From Octopus vulgaris (lineage: Eukaryota), in contig OX597819.1 in the NCBI GenBank assembly GCA_951406725.2, forward strand, positions 48,980,001 to 49,044,000: DNA of 64,000 bases, in the 5' to 3' direction. The notes below the pieces were generated by a model, which saw only the letters and a program-made list of their open reading frames with translations, ran no database searches and was not told the DNA's origin. The position numbers and the translations under genes are program-made. Shown one piece after another: positions 40,768 to 53,212 of this stretch. Each line of letters opens with the position of its first letter. The first letter of the stretch is position 1.

Positions 40768-41725
40768 TTTAGTTTCCTAATACCAACTGCCTTACAGAGT
40801 GTACCAAGTGCTTTTTTTTTTCTTCTTTGTGTTACCAGCACTAATGAAGTTGCTTTAGCTGCCATGTACAAGTGAGTAGCATGGTTTGCTAATTGTTTTG
40901 AGGGCCTAAGTAGTAAAATGCACGCACTGAAATACTCCTCCCATACTTAGCTGAGTAGAACACTAAGAATGTGATAGCGATGGATGGATAGAGAAGGATG
41001 CACCAGTAGTCATCAGCTAATACTCATTTTCAGCTAAATAGGCTAGAGTAGTGAAATGAAGTGCCTAGGCCATGTACAACATGATCCAGAGATTGAACCA
41101 ACAATCTAATGACTATGAGGTCATCACTCAAACCACTAGGCTGCACATCTTCATGACACATACATACACACATACATGTGCATGCACACATACACACACA
41201 CATATATGTGTTTCTGCATAGTTTCCTTCTGTAAAAGTTTACTTAAAAGTCATTGGTCAATGCAAGGCTATGACAGAAGACAGTTGACCGTGTCTTCTAC
41301 CATACTACAAGATGCTGTTCAGTGGGACTGAATTTGGAACTGCTTGGTTGTTAAACTTCTTAAACATACATCTACGCTTGTGCCCATTAAAAAATATAAC
41401 TTTTTTATTGTTCATCAAACAAGTAAATGAAGTAAATTTTTCTAATTTAGTAGTAAAAATTCCAAAAATTTAATTGAGAAATAGTTTATTTGAGGTTTCT
41501 GTGTTCACAGTAAGAGTAACTTTACTATTGCTGGGAAAAAAATTCAAGTAATGCAGATGTATGATCAGATATTGTCTGAATACAGTCTAGGGAATTTTTC
41601 CATCTCTATATTTCTTATGTTTTCAGCTTTCTGAATTAAGTCAATCTCTTCATATGTGTGAATAAAAATCTGACAGGTGTAATTTAAAGAATTGACTATG
41701 GCTGTGTTGAGAGGAAGAACAGATA

Positions 41726-42113
41726 CTCTTACTTGTTTCAGTCATTTGACTACGGTCATGCTGGAACACTGCCTTTGGTCGAGCAGGTTGACCCCAGGAC
41801 TTGTTCTTTGGATACCTAGTACTTATTCTATCAGTCTCTTTTGCCGAACTGCTAAGTTACGGGAACGTAAACACATCACTATTGGTTGTCAAGTGATGTT
41901 GGGGGGACAAACACAGACACACAAACATATACACAAACACAGAGACACAAACATATACACACATACACACATATGATGGGCTTCTTTCAGTTTCCGTCTA
42001 CCAAATACACTCACAAGGCTTTGGTTGGCCCGAGGCTATAGTAGAAGACACTTGCCAAAGGTCCCACCATGTGGTTGATAAGCAAGCTACTTACCATACA
42101 CCCATTCCTACGC
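41726..42113 (-). mobile_element. SINE group A
   Basis: Reverse complement of the group A consensus, small deletion in the head. Confidence 0.9.
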
Positions 42114-42250
42114 TTAGTCAGATAGTTAGTAAAGAAATGGTAATGAATAAAACAGTTTTGAAATCAAAGAATTTTGCTTCACAGTGTAATAAGGCTTATT
42201 TCTCTATCACTGAATTATGAAAAAAGAAAAATCTGCTGGCAATCACTTAC

Positions 42251-42714
42251 CACATGAGATGATTCAGTTGATGTGATGTTAATAACAGAAGATTCTGGTA
42301 TACCATCGATGCCATTGGAAGATGCAGGTACAGAGCCATCCATGTCGGCTTTCAGCTCTTTGTCTTTAGAGGGACTGTCATCAACACTTTTTGTAACTTC
42401 CTTATTATCTGATTGTATGGCAGGCATTTCACATGATGTTGATCTGGATTCTGCCTTTAGTGAAGAACTGCTTGAGAATGGTGAGCGCCTTTCAATATCC
42501 TTGTAGGAGCTATAAACACTGTACTTGCCATAACCACTCACAGAACAACTAAGCTTTAGATAGGAGGGTTTTCGGCTGGGAATATCAATAAAGGAATCAG
42601 GAGCAGATTGAGAACCTAGATCCAGGGAGCCTGGTGAGTCATTGTTTATTAAATGTGTTTTGGCAGCATTATTTGTATGAGAACCAGGGCTTGTTGCAAA
42701 AGTCCCTTCGCTAC
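42251..42714 (-). CDS. DLGAP1: DLGAP/SAPAP-family gene, Ser-rich internal exon (GSEGTFATSPG...KPSYLKLSCSVSGYGKY...STESSHV)
   Basis: Acceptor ttttcttcttttgtag before 42714 and donor gtaagt after 42251. 464 nt open frame, phase 1 in and phase 0 out. Joins in frame to the GH1 exon at 32528. Confidence 0.85.
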
Positions 42715-43884
42715 CTACAAAAGAAGAAAAAGTAAATAAATAAAATGTATGTATATAAAATTGTAAAATAGATTGTTGTTTAAGTTTAATTATATACAAT
42801 GGTGTATACGATCAACACTGAAATTGATATTTTGTATAGGCAGAACCTGTATGTTTATGTTCACAGATTTGGATTCAAATTTAAATCGTCCACATATATT
42901 TTCATAAACGTTCAGTAAATATTTTATGCCACATTTAGACTACAAAACATTGAGATATATCCACCAACATCATGGCTGCTACATCTAAGAGTATGACTTT
43001 ACCTTCATGGTATCAAGAAAATAATTAGATGAAATAAGAAAGATGAATATTTTCAATGAGAAATGGGGCAATATTCTTTGAAAAGGTCTCTTTCTAACTG
43101 CATGTCAATTCTTAGCAGCAACCAGTGATGTAGTTTGAAGAAATAGAATAAAATTTTTCAATGAAGATGCAAGATACAAGGTTTAAGCTAATTATCTGTT
43201 AGCAATTAAAATAAAGAATTTGCAGCTAAGCCACAACATGAAAGAAAGAAACAAAAAAAATGAAAATTATTGCTAAATCCAACCAATAAACATTGACTTT
43301 GAAACGGTTTTCTGAGGATAAAAATAAATAAAAAAAATAACACCTTGTGAGAAACTCTACTGTAAAATAATTATGAAAGAATTAAAAATTTATACATTGC
43401 CAGGTTTAAAAAAAAAAATGGCCATCATCAGTAAGCTAGAAACTGTTCAAATATTTGATAGAAACTGATAAACTCTTCTAATTAGAGTTAGCGTTTAAAG
43501 GAGTTTTGAAAAGTATTACCACTGGTGAACGTGAAGATTTTCTGTGTGTCTGAGACATTTAAAAAAAAATGTACAATAGTAAAACACTGTCAGTAAATAT
43601 AGTAGATCTACAGTGATTGGAGATGAATGTGTCAATTAAGATGCGTGTTAGATAAGCTATGTTTCTGTATGAAAATAACTCAGTACAAGAAAGTAACCAG
43701 GTACAGTTTTTGATTAAGTGTAACAACAATTTATAAATTATCATTGAAACTGTTGACTGGTTGGTGATGTTTCTTTGTGTGTTTGAGAAGATGATTAACT
43801 CACATTTGAGGGATTTTTGTTGTTCATACTTCTGGTGTATATAGCAAACTTAACACATATTTTTGTGTAATCATTTCTCATCTC

Positions 43885-43915
<31 letters not shown>

Positions 43916-43945
43916 TATTATTATTATTAGTAGTAGTAGTAGTAG
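43885..43945. repeat. Compound microsatellite (ATT)n(AGT)n
   Basis: Directly visible. Confidence 0.95.
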
Positions 43946-46534
43946 CTAATATTATTATTCTATGGCTAACACAGGTCTTCTGAGACTGGTAAGATGAATA
44001 CAGTTAATGTTCTGCTTAAATAACAGCAATATGATAGCTGCCAGAACAACATGGACAGAAATGGGAATTCCAGAGGACTGCCATTATGAGTAGTAGGATT
44101 GGGAGTAGTGGTTATTGCAAGGAGGGTGGGGGTAAGCATATTCATAAATATTGAGAAGAGAGGTGACCATTCATATAGATCATATAAAGTGAATGGTTAC
44201 CTGTTGGAAAAATATATTTCTCAAGTTGGCAATGGAAATATGTAGTAGATCAAGGAAGACTTGGGAGAAGCATCAGTTTATAGTTCTTAAGCTTGTTTGC
44301 TTCTTTTTTTGTGTTTTTTTTTAGTTTTTTTGTCAGCTCAATTTCTAATCAATTTTACACGCGTGTACATATGTACACACAAGCATGCATGCACACGCAT
44401 CTCTTCTCATGACATACACAATTTGAGGTAATGCTTGAAATAATTTGGTCATGTAATAAGAAGGGTAATGCAATAACAACGCAGCATTGGTGTTGCACCA
44501 AAAGTCCTCCAAACCCCAGACCACATGGTAGATTATCTAAGAGGTAGATCTCTCATATCTGTGAAGACAAAGGGTTACTACTTGCAACAGCAGAGGGTAG
44601 AGCATTCCAATTGAAGTGGATGGTAGCAGTCCAGTTGGCAAGAGTCAGGAAGGAACAATAGCTATATAAATGCATGCACGCGAGTGTTTGTGTCTCACAC
44701 ATTCATCACACAGAGTTCATGCTAGATTAGAGCTCATAACCTCCATTGTTAATGTAGGGTATCAATGTTGAGGATTTTGACACCTTTACTACTCAGAGAA
44801 TGTGTAATTGCTGCAATAAGCCCATCTTCAAAAGCTCAGCGATTCAACATATCAAAATATGGTGTAAGACCCTCAAAACATGCAAAATGTGGCTAATGGT
44901 CTGAAAGACTATTGCAATCAATTCATCTCAGAAATCTGGAAGTAGTAATAACAATAAAAAAAGAAAAGTGATCCTTACAAATGAGTTATGAGCAAAATGT
45001 AGATCTAGTCTCTCTCAACCAACATTAGGTAGATTCATTCATATACAATCAATTTAGTATAATTATAATGGAATTTATTAAACAAGCTATGTTATAAGCA
45101 CTTACATCTTGGCCAAACTCCAAGTGTACCCCAACACTGCAAACACCTATAAAGTTTGTTAATTATTCAGTGTTTCTGCAAGTAATCTCTATTTACTCAT
45201 CTTACTTATTTACAGCTAGCAAGAGTTAAATGTTTCTGCCATAGATTTAATGCAGCAGCAGTCATAGAAAGTAAAACCATTGACGTTTTAGTCAACACAC
45301 TCAGTATTAACATGGCCACTTGCAATTCAAGTTAAACTGTTAATTATATATTTATGAATGGCTCTTGTGTTGATTTCAATGAATGAAAGTTCCAGTTATT
45401 CAATCAACAGAACTAACTACTGATTGAATTATAATGTAAGTTACTGCGTAATTTCATAGTACTGGCTGTACTCTTAGAGTAAGCCTTCAGCAGAATCAGT
45501 GCAAGAAGATTAAAGTTCAAATTACAGCTGATCTAATGGGCCTTTGCTGAATTACCATTTAATTTCACTCACAAGGTTTGAGTTGATCTGAGGCTATGGT
45601 GGAACCCACTTACCTGAGTTGATGCAATGTGGGATCATTTCCAGAACCTTGCAATTCAGAAGTGGATTTCATCACCATTCAACCATGAACCCATTTGTAA
45701 GATTCTTGATGCAAAATCATGTCATAGCATATCATTACTGACAGTCAAAGACTGTGATGAAAGAGCTTTGACAACCCTTTTAATCAACTAATTACTTATT
45801 TCATAATAAAAGCAAGTGTGGGTATTTTTTTAAATGGCAGCCAGACCTCCCAGAGTGTGCGTATATATAATTCAATTAGAGGCTATGTTAGCCTCGTGAA
45901 GAGATGGTGTCATCCAAGGAAATACTGGTTCAATACCTAATATTTTGGGGAGAAATTAATATCCACAAAATAATAGGCTTATATACAAATCATGGTTTAT
46001 AATCATGCAAATGAAGAATAAGAAAGTGGAGATATTGAAGTTAATAAGAGTTTAGTATCAGCAACAAATCAATCATTATCTCTTACGGTTGTTTCAATTA
46101 AGTGCAGAGAAATTAATTAAATATTAAAATCATATTTCTGAGCATAATCTCTTCAGAAGGAGAAAAACATATACTCTTTGATATTTTGTGTGTTTGTAGA
46201 CTCATCACAGCAGACTACCCTCACCATGTGTGTGTGTGTATAGTAGTGGTGATAGATGTAGACATGGCTGTGTGATTAAGAAGGTCAGTTCTCAACCATG
46301 TGGTTTCAAGTTTACCTGCACTGTGCAGCCTCTCATGCAAATGTCTTCTATTGTAGCTCGAGGCTGACCTATGCCTTGTGAGTGGATTTGGTAGATAGAA
46401 GCTGCAAGGAGTGTGTATGTGTGTGTGGCTTGGTTTATGTTTACACTTTTTTTTTAAAGTATTGACTCGTTACAAGGTCCTTAGACCACTGAAAATGTAA
46501 GAGCTACTAGAATAAACTGGATGCTAGACAGAAG

Positions 46535-46850
46535 TCAATAGGTGACAATATACATTAGACTTAAAAGACAGGAGGTCATATTGAAGAAGAAAACAAAACT
46601 GTGGAAAGAAATTCCAAAGTTCAGAGGTGCAAGAGAAGAAGCTGATGCTATAAAGTGCTTTATGACACTTAGGAGGTTGCACAGTATACTGATGAGAACT
46701 GAATGCAAGTCAAGTTGATCACTGCAAGTTCTTAAAGGAGGAACCAAAGAAGAGAACTCAGCTGAACAAATGTTGTCATTTCCTGTCAAGAAAGGCTTTG
46801 CACCTTTGTAGATATGAAATAAGAGATACCTTGAAAAACATGTATGAAGT
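46535..46850 (-). mobile_element. Degenerate LINE 3' fragment (Jockey/L2-like)
   Basis: Minus strand FSCTSELWNFFP...YDLLSFKSNV resembles LINE terminal ...LWNSLP...YDLQSFKS motifs. Confidence 0.5.
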
Positions 46851-46898
46851 TAATGACAAAAAGGGCATCAAGCTGTAAAATAATATCTCCAATAATCT

Positions 46899-47240
46899 GA
46901 GACCCCCTTCAGTCATGACACAGACCATGGGATTGTACCTAGAAAGTTACCCCCCCCTCCCAGGCACACGTCCAGGCAAAGTTGTTTATGGAAGACCAGC
47001 AGTCGCCCATGCATACTGATCTTCCCTCTCCACGCCACCAGTGTTATCCAAGGGAAAGGCAACAGCAGATACAGCTTGGCACCTGTGACGTCACAATTCA
47101 TTTCTACAGCTGAGTGAACTGGAGCAACATGAAATAAAGTGTCTTGCTCAAGAACAACATGCAGCCCAGTCCAGGATTCGAGCTCACAACCTCATGATCA
47201 TAAGCTCGATGCTCTAACCACTGAGCTATGCGCTTTCACA
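46899..47240 (-). mobile_element. tRNA-derived SINE group C2
   Basis: Minus-strand head tagctcagtggttagagc...gctcgaatcc...caagacactttatttcatgttgctccagttcactcagctg is shared with C1; the 3' half differs. Confidence 0.85.
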
Positions 47241-47279
47241 TAATAGATGCATTATGTCTCCAATAATAGAAGCATTAGA

Positions 47280-47500
47280 AAGGTGGTGAGCTGGCAGAAT
47301 CGTTAGCATGCTGTGCAAAATGCTTAGCAGCATTTCATCTATCTTTACATTCTGAGTTCAAATTCTGCTAAGGTCAATTTTGCCTTTCATGCATACTTTT
47401 GGGATCGATGAAATAAGTACCAGTCGAGCATTGGGATTGATGTGACTGACTTACTCCCTCCCCAGAACTTGCTAGCCTTGTGCAAAAATTTGAAACCAAT
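47280..47500 (+). mobile_element. SINE group B2
   Basis: aggtggtgagctggcagaatcgttagc...gagttcaaattc...gcaaaaatttgaaacc. Confidence 0.88.
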
Positions 47501-48511
47501 AAGGTATAATTCTAACCCATACTAGTATGGCAAAACAAATGTAAAAATACTGAATGCATGAACAAATATCTTAAATAGTAAGGATTAAGAAATGAAATTC
47601 TTATCTAAGAATAAATTCATTGCTTTGAGTTTACATTAGAATACTCAAACACATTGTTTTTATTTTACTCTGACAAAATGCATAACTTTCAGTCAAACTT
47701 TTAGTAGTAATTTTAGATGAGAGCAACGAAGAGAATGAAAGAAAAAAATAGTTAAAAAATCATTATTAAGAAAGAAAAATTATTGCAGTATGAATTTGGA
47801 ACTTTCACACAAATTTAAATCTGAAATGGAGGCTTGAGAAAGAAAACGGGTATGAGGGAAACATATATTAATATATATGCAAATATTTTTACTGAATGCA
47901 AAAAATAACTATTGAAGTGCTGAATTCTGTTTAATCACTTTTCCATTTAATTTTTTTTAATTAACTATAATGACATTAAGTTGTTTAGGATTATAAAGAT
48001 TGGAAATAAATATCCATAAAAATGACCTTTACAAAAGAAAATGTCAACAATCAGCTGACTAAGAGAAATGTACAGTTGATACAACTATTGTTATAATGCT
48101 AAAATATAGAAAAATAACAACAACGAAATGAAAAGTACTTAAAACTTAAATTAAATTAGAAACGATTAATGCTGAATGATTAACTTACAAGCTGTGCTGA
48201 TTGCATAATGATTTTTTTTTGCCTTCTTTTTTCAGCAGCAGTATTTTAAATAATTGTTTTTATAATTATTACTTGACCTTAGAATCTGAAATAGTGTTAA
48301 GGTCAGTGATGTAATGTGGAAATATTAGGTCACATAACCAGTTTGGTTGATCTGAAATCACACTGCTTAAGGAAACTAGATTAAGCAGGATAAGGAAGAG
48401 ATAGAAGTGTCAAAGACAATTTGAACTAATCCATGGAAATAATTCAAGAAAGGCCACCTTGCAAACTTGCCTAACCTTAAACAGGAAAAGAAAACTATCA
48501 AAGAATTCAAG

Positions 48512-48722
48512 AGAGCTTCTATGTAGTTGTTCAACCTACTGAAAATAGTAGCTAAATATTCCTCAAATTACATACTATCATCTTAAAAATGATGGAAGGA
48601 CACATTGGATAATGCGGTTCTAAATATAGTATGACTGGGGTAAAAAAGAGAGAGATGGTCACAACTGGAATGCCTTTGATCATAGGTATGCTCAATCTAA
48701 TTTGATCTGGTGGCTAAACAAT
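48512..48722 (+). repeat. Old unclassified ~200-bp interspersed repeat (representative copy)
   Basis: Motifs gaaatagcagctaaat / cacattggataatg / ggaatgcctttgatcatagg / ggctaaacaac recur near 6095, 7362, 10440, 19075, 22920(-), 26330, 30688, 53752 and 61440(-). Confidence 0.7.
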
Positions 48723-49114
48723 GGCTAATAACAAAAATATTAGTTCAAGCATACACACATTGTTTGCTTAAGCATTAAGCCTTAAATTTACTGATCTCAT
48801 TAGCCAAACATAGACAACGAACAAAATACTAAAAGAGTGATAGTTACTGGATTTTTAGGGTCTTTTTAGAATATTTTATTATGAGAAAAATTTAGACAGT
48901 TTACTCTATATCAAACCAGTAACCTGTCCATGCACAAGTTTTATTAATTAGAAGGCTACAGGGTATTACATAATGATTCTTTCACTGTTTAGATCTAATA
49001 ATGAAGTTTCTCAACCAAATTTATTAAACATTAATAACTACAATTTCATGAAGGGTTGCTATCATTAAGTAAAAAGAAGTGTTCATTTCTCTGACATTTT
49101 CTTATGAACTTATA

Positions 49115-49116
<2 letters not shown>

Positions 49117-49164
<48 letters not shown>

Positions 49165-49178
49165 TGAGAGAGAGAGAG
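49117..49178. repeat. Compound microsatellite (TG)n(AG)n
   Basis: Directly visible. Confidence 0.95.
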
Positions 49179-52100
49179 TTTCTGTATATATGTTTGTTGT
49201 ATGCACTTACAAATGTGAAAGGACATTTAAGCATAATTGTTATATGGACAAAACTTAGTTGAATATTTCTCTTTCAAGCTGGCTGGATACTCCTCACATA
49301 TGCATGTCATTTCAGGGTCTATCTATCTATATATATATATATACATACATACACACACACACATATATACACACACATACATACATACATACATAAAGAC
49401 CGTAAACAGGAAACTATTGGAGGTTATAGGAGGAAGGAAACGATAAATGCTGACACTTACTTGAAGACAGAGAAATGAGAACAAACTGTTTCCAGACAAC
49501 AAAATTTACATGTACGAACGGTATTTTAAATTGATAGTTCACTGCTGGTAACACAATTGTCAGTGTTGCATGGAAAGGAAGTCGATATGCTATGAATCTT
49601 CAGAGAATTCAAAGACAGGTGTAAATTCTTAACAAGAGTGCTGTTTACAGATTTTTTTTTTTCTTTTAAGTATTTTTTTTCGAGACGTTTCCTGATGGTG
49701 GTTGTGGTTAAATAAGAAGATAGGAAGGAAGGTGGAAATTTCGAAAGCTGTTGAAAGTTTCTCCAGAAAGGAAACTTTTGTGTGGTCTGTTCCCTCCCAC
49801 AGGCAAGACTGATAATACTTAGTGTTAAGTTTGGAAATCTTTCTCTCTATCCCTCTCTCTTTCTCTCCTACTCATAGTAATTAAAACAGTAGAACTTGCT
49901 AGTTGGCTTTCAAACGTGTTTTCTTGTGTTTACCTTTTTTGCATAAGAAATTGAGAAGAGAAAAACTAGTTTAGTTCAGGCTACTTATAGTTTAATGTAA
50001 TCTATGGAGTATGAAAAACAAAGTGACAATATAGAGCATTTTTATTCTCTCACTTGAAAAGAATGAAAAAAATGTATAGGAATAAAAATAATTTTTTTAT
50101 TCTTGCTATAGATATTTCAGCTGTTAAGTAAATTGGAAAACAAAATAAAAGGGATTTGATTTCCTTAATGCATCCATATTTTATATAATCAATTGAAAAC
50201 AGAGGAGGAAAATTGCTTTCCTCAAATGTTAAAACCAACATGGTCAGTTGGGGTATCTAAATGGATAAAGAGCAGTTAAAGTACAATACAAATAGTTATT
50301 CTTTTGTCAGTTATTTCGATATCAGTACATACCTGGGTAAAATCCATAAAACATAAATATTTACTTTTATAGTTAATTACTTGTAGCAAAACTGTATCTG
50401 AAGGGACTAAATGAATCACAATACATGTTTGTTCATTTCTGTGTTACATCTATTTTTCTCTGTTGGCATGGGTTAGATAACTACTTACCCTTTTAATAAT
50501 TTAGGTCTGTTAATATTACATCTATTCCAACTTGGTATTCAGCAAACAAATATCCTTGTAGTGTTTCCATGAAAAAAACATATAGTGAAAGCACCATGAC
50601 TAAGCTAATTAAACAATCTTGTTGGCATTTTCTATGAAATTCAGACATATACTGAAAGTACCATAGTAGCTAATTGACTGATGTGCAATGTCAAGAGGAT
50701 TGACAAATACAGTGATGGAGGAATACTGCCAATTATATTAGTTTATATTTTGAGCCTATACATGCACTTACTATAAGTTTCTTAAACTCTAGAAATGGTA
50801 ATGGTGGTGGTGGGGAGAAATTAAGTTAAAAATTTTAAACTGCTTTTTCTAGCAAAACAAATGACCACATAGAGGCTTACTTAGTGCCTTGTGATGTGGA
50901 TGAATAGTTTTACTGCAATTTAGTAGATAAATATAGATATTTCTCCAGAAACTTATTTTTAGTATCAAAATATGAATCCAAACAAGTGTTATTCGTTGAT
51001 ATAGATATGAGACATTTCTGAGCAAATTCCATCTCCAAAATTCTACTCACTAGGTATTGATCAACCAGCATAGTGAAAAACTTGCTCTGAAGTAAGATCA
51101 TGCGAATTTTGCTTATATCGTGCATCAGAAATTAACTGCATTTCCATCTCTTCTTTCACTGAATAGGTATAGACTTATGTTGAGGCTTCTAATAAATCAT
51201 AATTTATATAAATATTTATTGAGCACTTTTGGTACAAAAAAAAAAAAAAAAAGACATTAAGACTAAATATTATATACCCTGTAGAGTACGTATGCATCTT
51301 ATTACCGAGTACATCCATGTATGTAATATTATATATAAATATATGTATTATCATAATACGCATAATTCAATCTCTGAAATGCTTTTAGGTTATATTATTG
51401 AAGTTAATATACTTTTGTTGTAATTGTGATCAACATGTTATTCACATTTAACTATAAGATAAGAAAAAAGAGAGATATTGAAGGAGAAAGAGAGACTAAT
51501 TGCCAACATCAAATGGAAAAGTTTTTTTTTATCAGAACTACGAGTGTTTATTTGAAGTCTTTATAATAAATGTCTGACTAAAAGCAAAAGAAGCAAAAAT
51601 GAGACCAAATTAGAATTTATTAAGTTTTGGGTATTTTATTATTTTTTTTCTAGAACATTATTAATTCACTGAAAATTGGTGAATAACTGTATGATAAACA
51701 CATTGAGAAAAAGAAAAACAGAAAAAAAACTGAAATTTCAAATGTTTATTACCCCTATTATTGATTAATTTGTCATCATGACAACAGGTGTACATTTTTG
51801 TACATTCATATAGTAGCTCTCTCATTAGATAATATAGTTAATACAGTAGCATGCTTTGCTGACGAGGTTTAATAAGAGTGAAATGCACCCAGAGATGTAT
51901 AGTTCTTGAGTCCTCACCTCACAGCATATGTAATTCAAATTTTCATACTATCTCCTCACACTTTCTGTTACACTATCCCTATTGTCTTTCATTTGTTGAT
52001 ATTTTCCTGTCAACAAATCATTCACTATATTTTGTGCTTTCATAAACAAGTGGAATGAAAACTTCCTTACTTAAAAAACAGATAAGGGCTAGCAAATAGA

Positions 52101-52268
52101 AAGGGCATCTAACTGTAAAACAATGCCTAAATATCATAGACTAACACATGCCAGCATGGAAAAACAGATGTAAAACAGATGAAGAAAGTTCCTATTTGTG
52201 TGAAAAACCTCTACAAAAACTAAGAAAATAATACTTAGGACTTACAAACTTTGTGAAATCACAAACTA

Positions 52269-53212
52269 CAGGTTGTTGTCAACTTCCGAATACAATGGGT
52301 TCCGACTGACTGGTTGTAAGTCTATTTGGTCGTAAGTCGGCTTATAGGCCTATATAGCTTTGTTTATATTTTTACATTCTTAAGGTACATTCTCAGGTAA
52401 AAGTCACACACAGCATTCTGTATTATATACTATTATACTGGTGTTAGTCAAAAGTTTTGGAGTTTCAAGCAGTCATCTTATAAACAAATATGAGATTGCC
52501 TCAATGTCTCTGTGACAGGATATTCATCCAGCACTTGGGATAACCACAATGGCGATCAATAACCAAACCCTGGTGAAGCGTTTGTCAGCTGACATCATCC
52601 GTAGATGAGTTAATATCTAAGAAATTAAACCCATTAGATTTCAACTGGTCTCTTTTACTCGTTTCAGTCATTTGACTGTGATCATGTTGGAGCACCGCCT
52701 TTAGTCAAGCAAATCGACCCCAGGACTTATTCTTTGGAAGCCTAGTACTTATTCTATCGGTCTCTTTTGACGAACCACTAAGTTATGGGGACATAAACAC
52801 ACCAGCATCAGTTGTCAAGCGATGTTGGGTGGGGGACAAACACAGACACACAAATATATACACACACACATACATATATATACATATATACGACGGGCTT
52901 CTTTCAGTTTCCGACTACCAAATCCACTCACAAGGCTTTGGTCGGCCTGAGACTATAGTAGAAGACACTCGTCCAAGTTTATTGCCCCTATTATTGATTA
53001 ATTTGCCATCATGATAACATGTGTACATTTTTGTACATTCATATAGTAGTTCTCTCATTAAATAATAATGTTAATGTTGTAACATGCGTATTCAAGTGGT
53101 TGGTAAGCAAGCTACTTATCACACAGCCACTCCTGCACCTTCTGCTGGTGCACCAATCATTGTAAAGTCGATCAGTTGTAAGTCGGACAGTTTGTAAGTT
53201 GACGACAACCTG
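52269..53212. mobile_element. Tigger/pogo-like non-autonomous DNA transposon containing a nested SINE
   Basis: TIRs caggttgttgtcaactt / aagttgacgacaacctg, TA flanks, subterminal gtaagtc repeats. Confidence 0.8.
52650..53139 (-). mobile_element. SINE group A, interrupted by a locally templated insert
   Basis: Reverse complement of 56731-57135, with the B-box region replaced by 52977-53095. Confidence 0.9.

Noticed and set aside
42273-42506. Antisense 77-aa ORF overlapping the DLGAP exon
   Set aside because: Typical shadow ORF opposite a real coding exon.
50910-51125. 71-aa minus-strand ORF as a DLGAP coding exon
   Set aside because: It stops before the donor at 50881 and has no recognisable similarity; at most a uORF or UTR.
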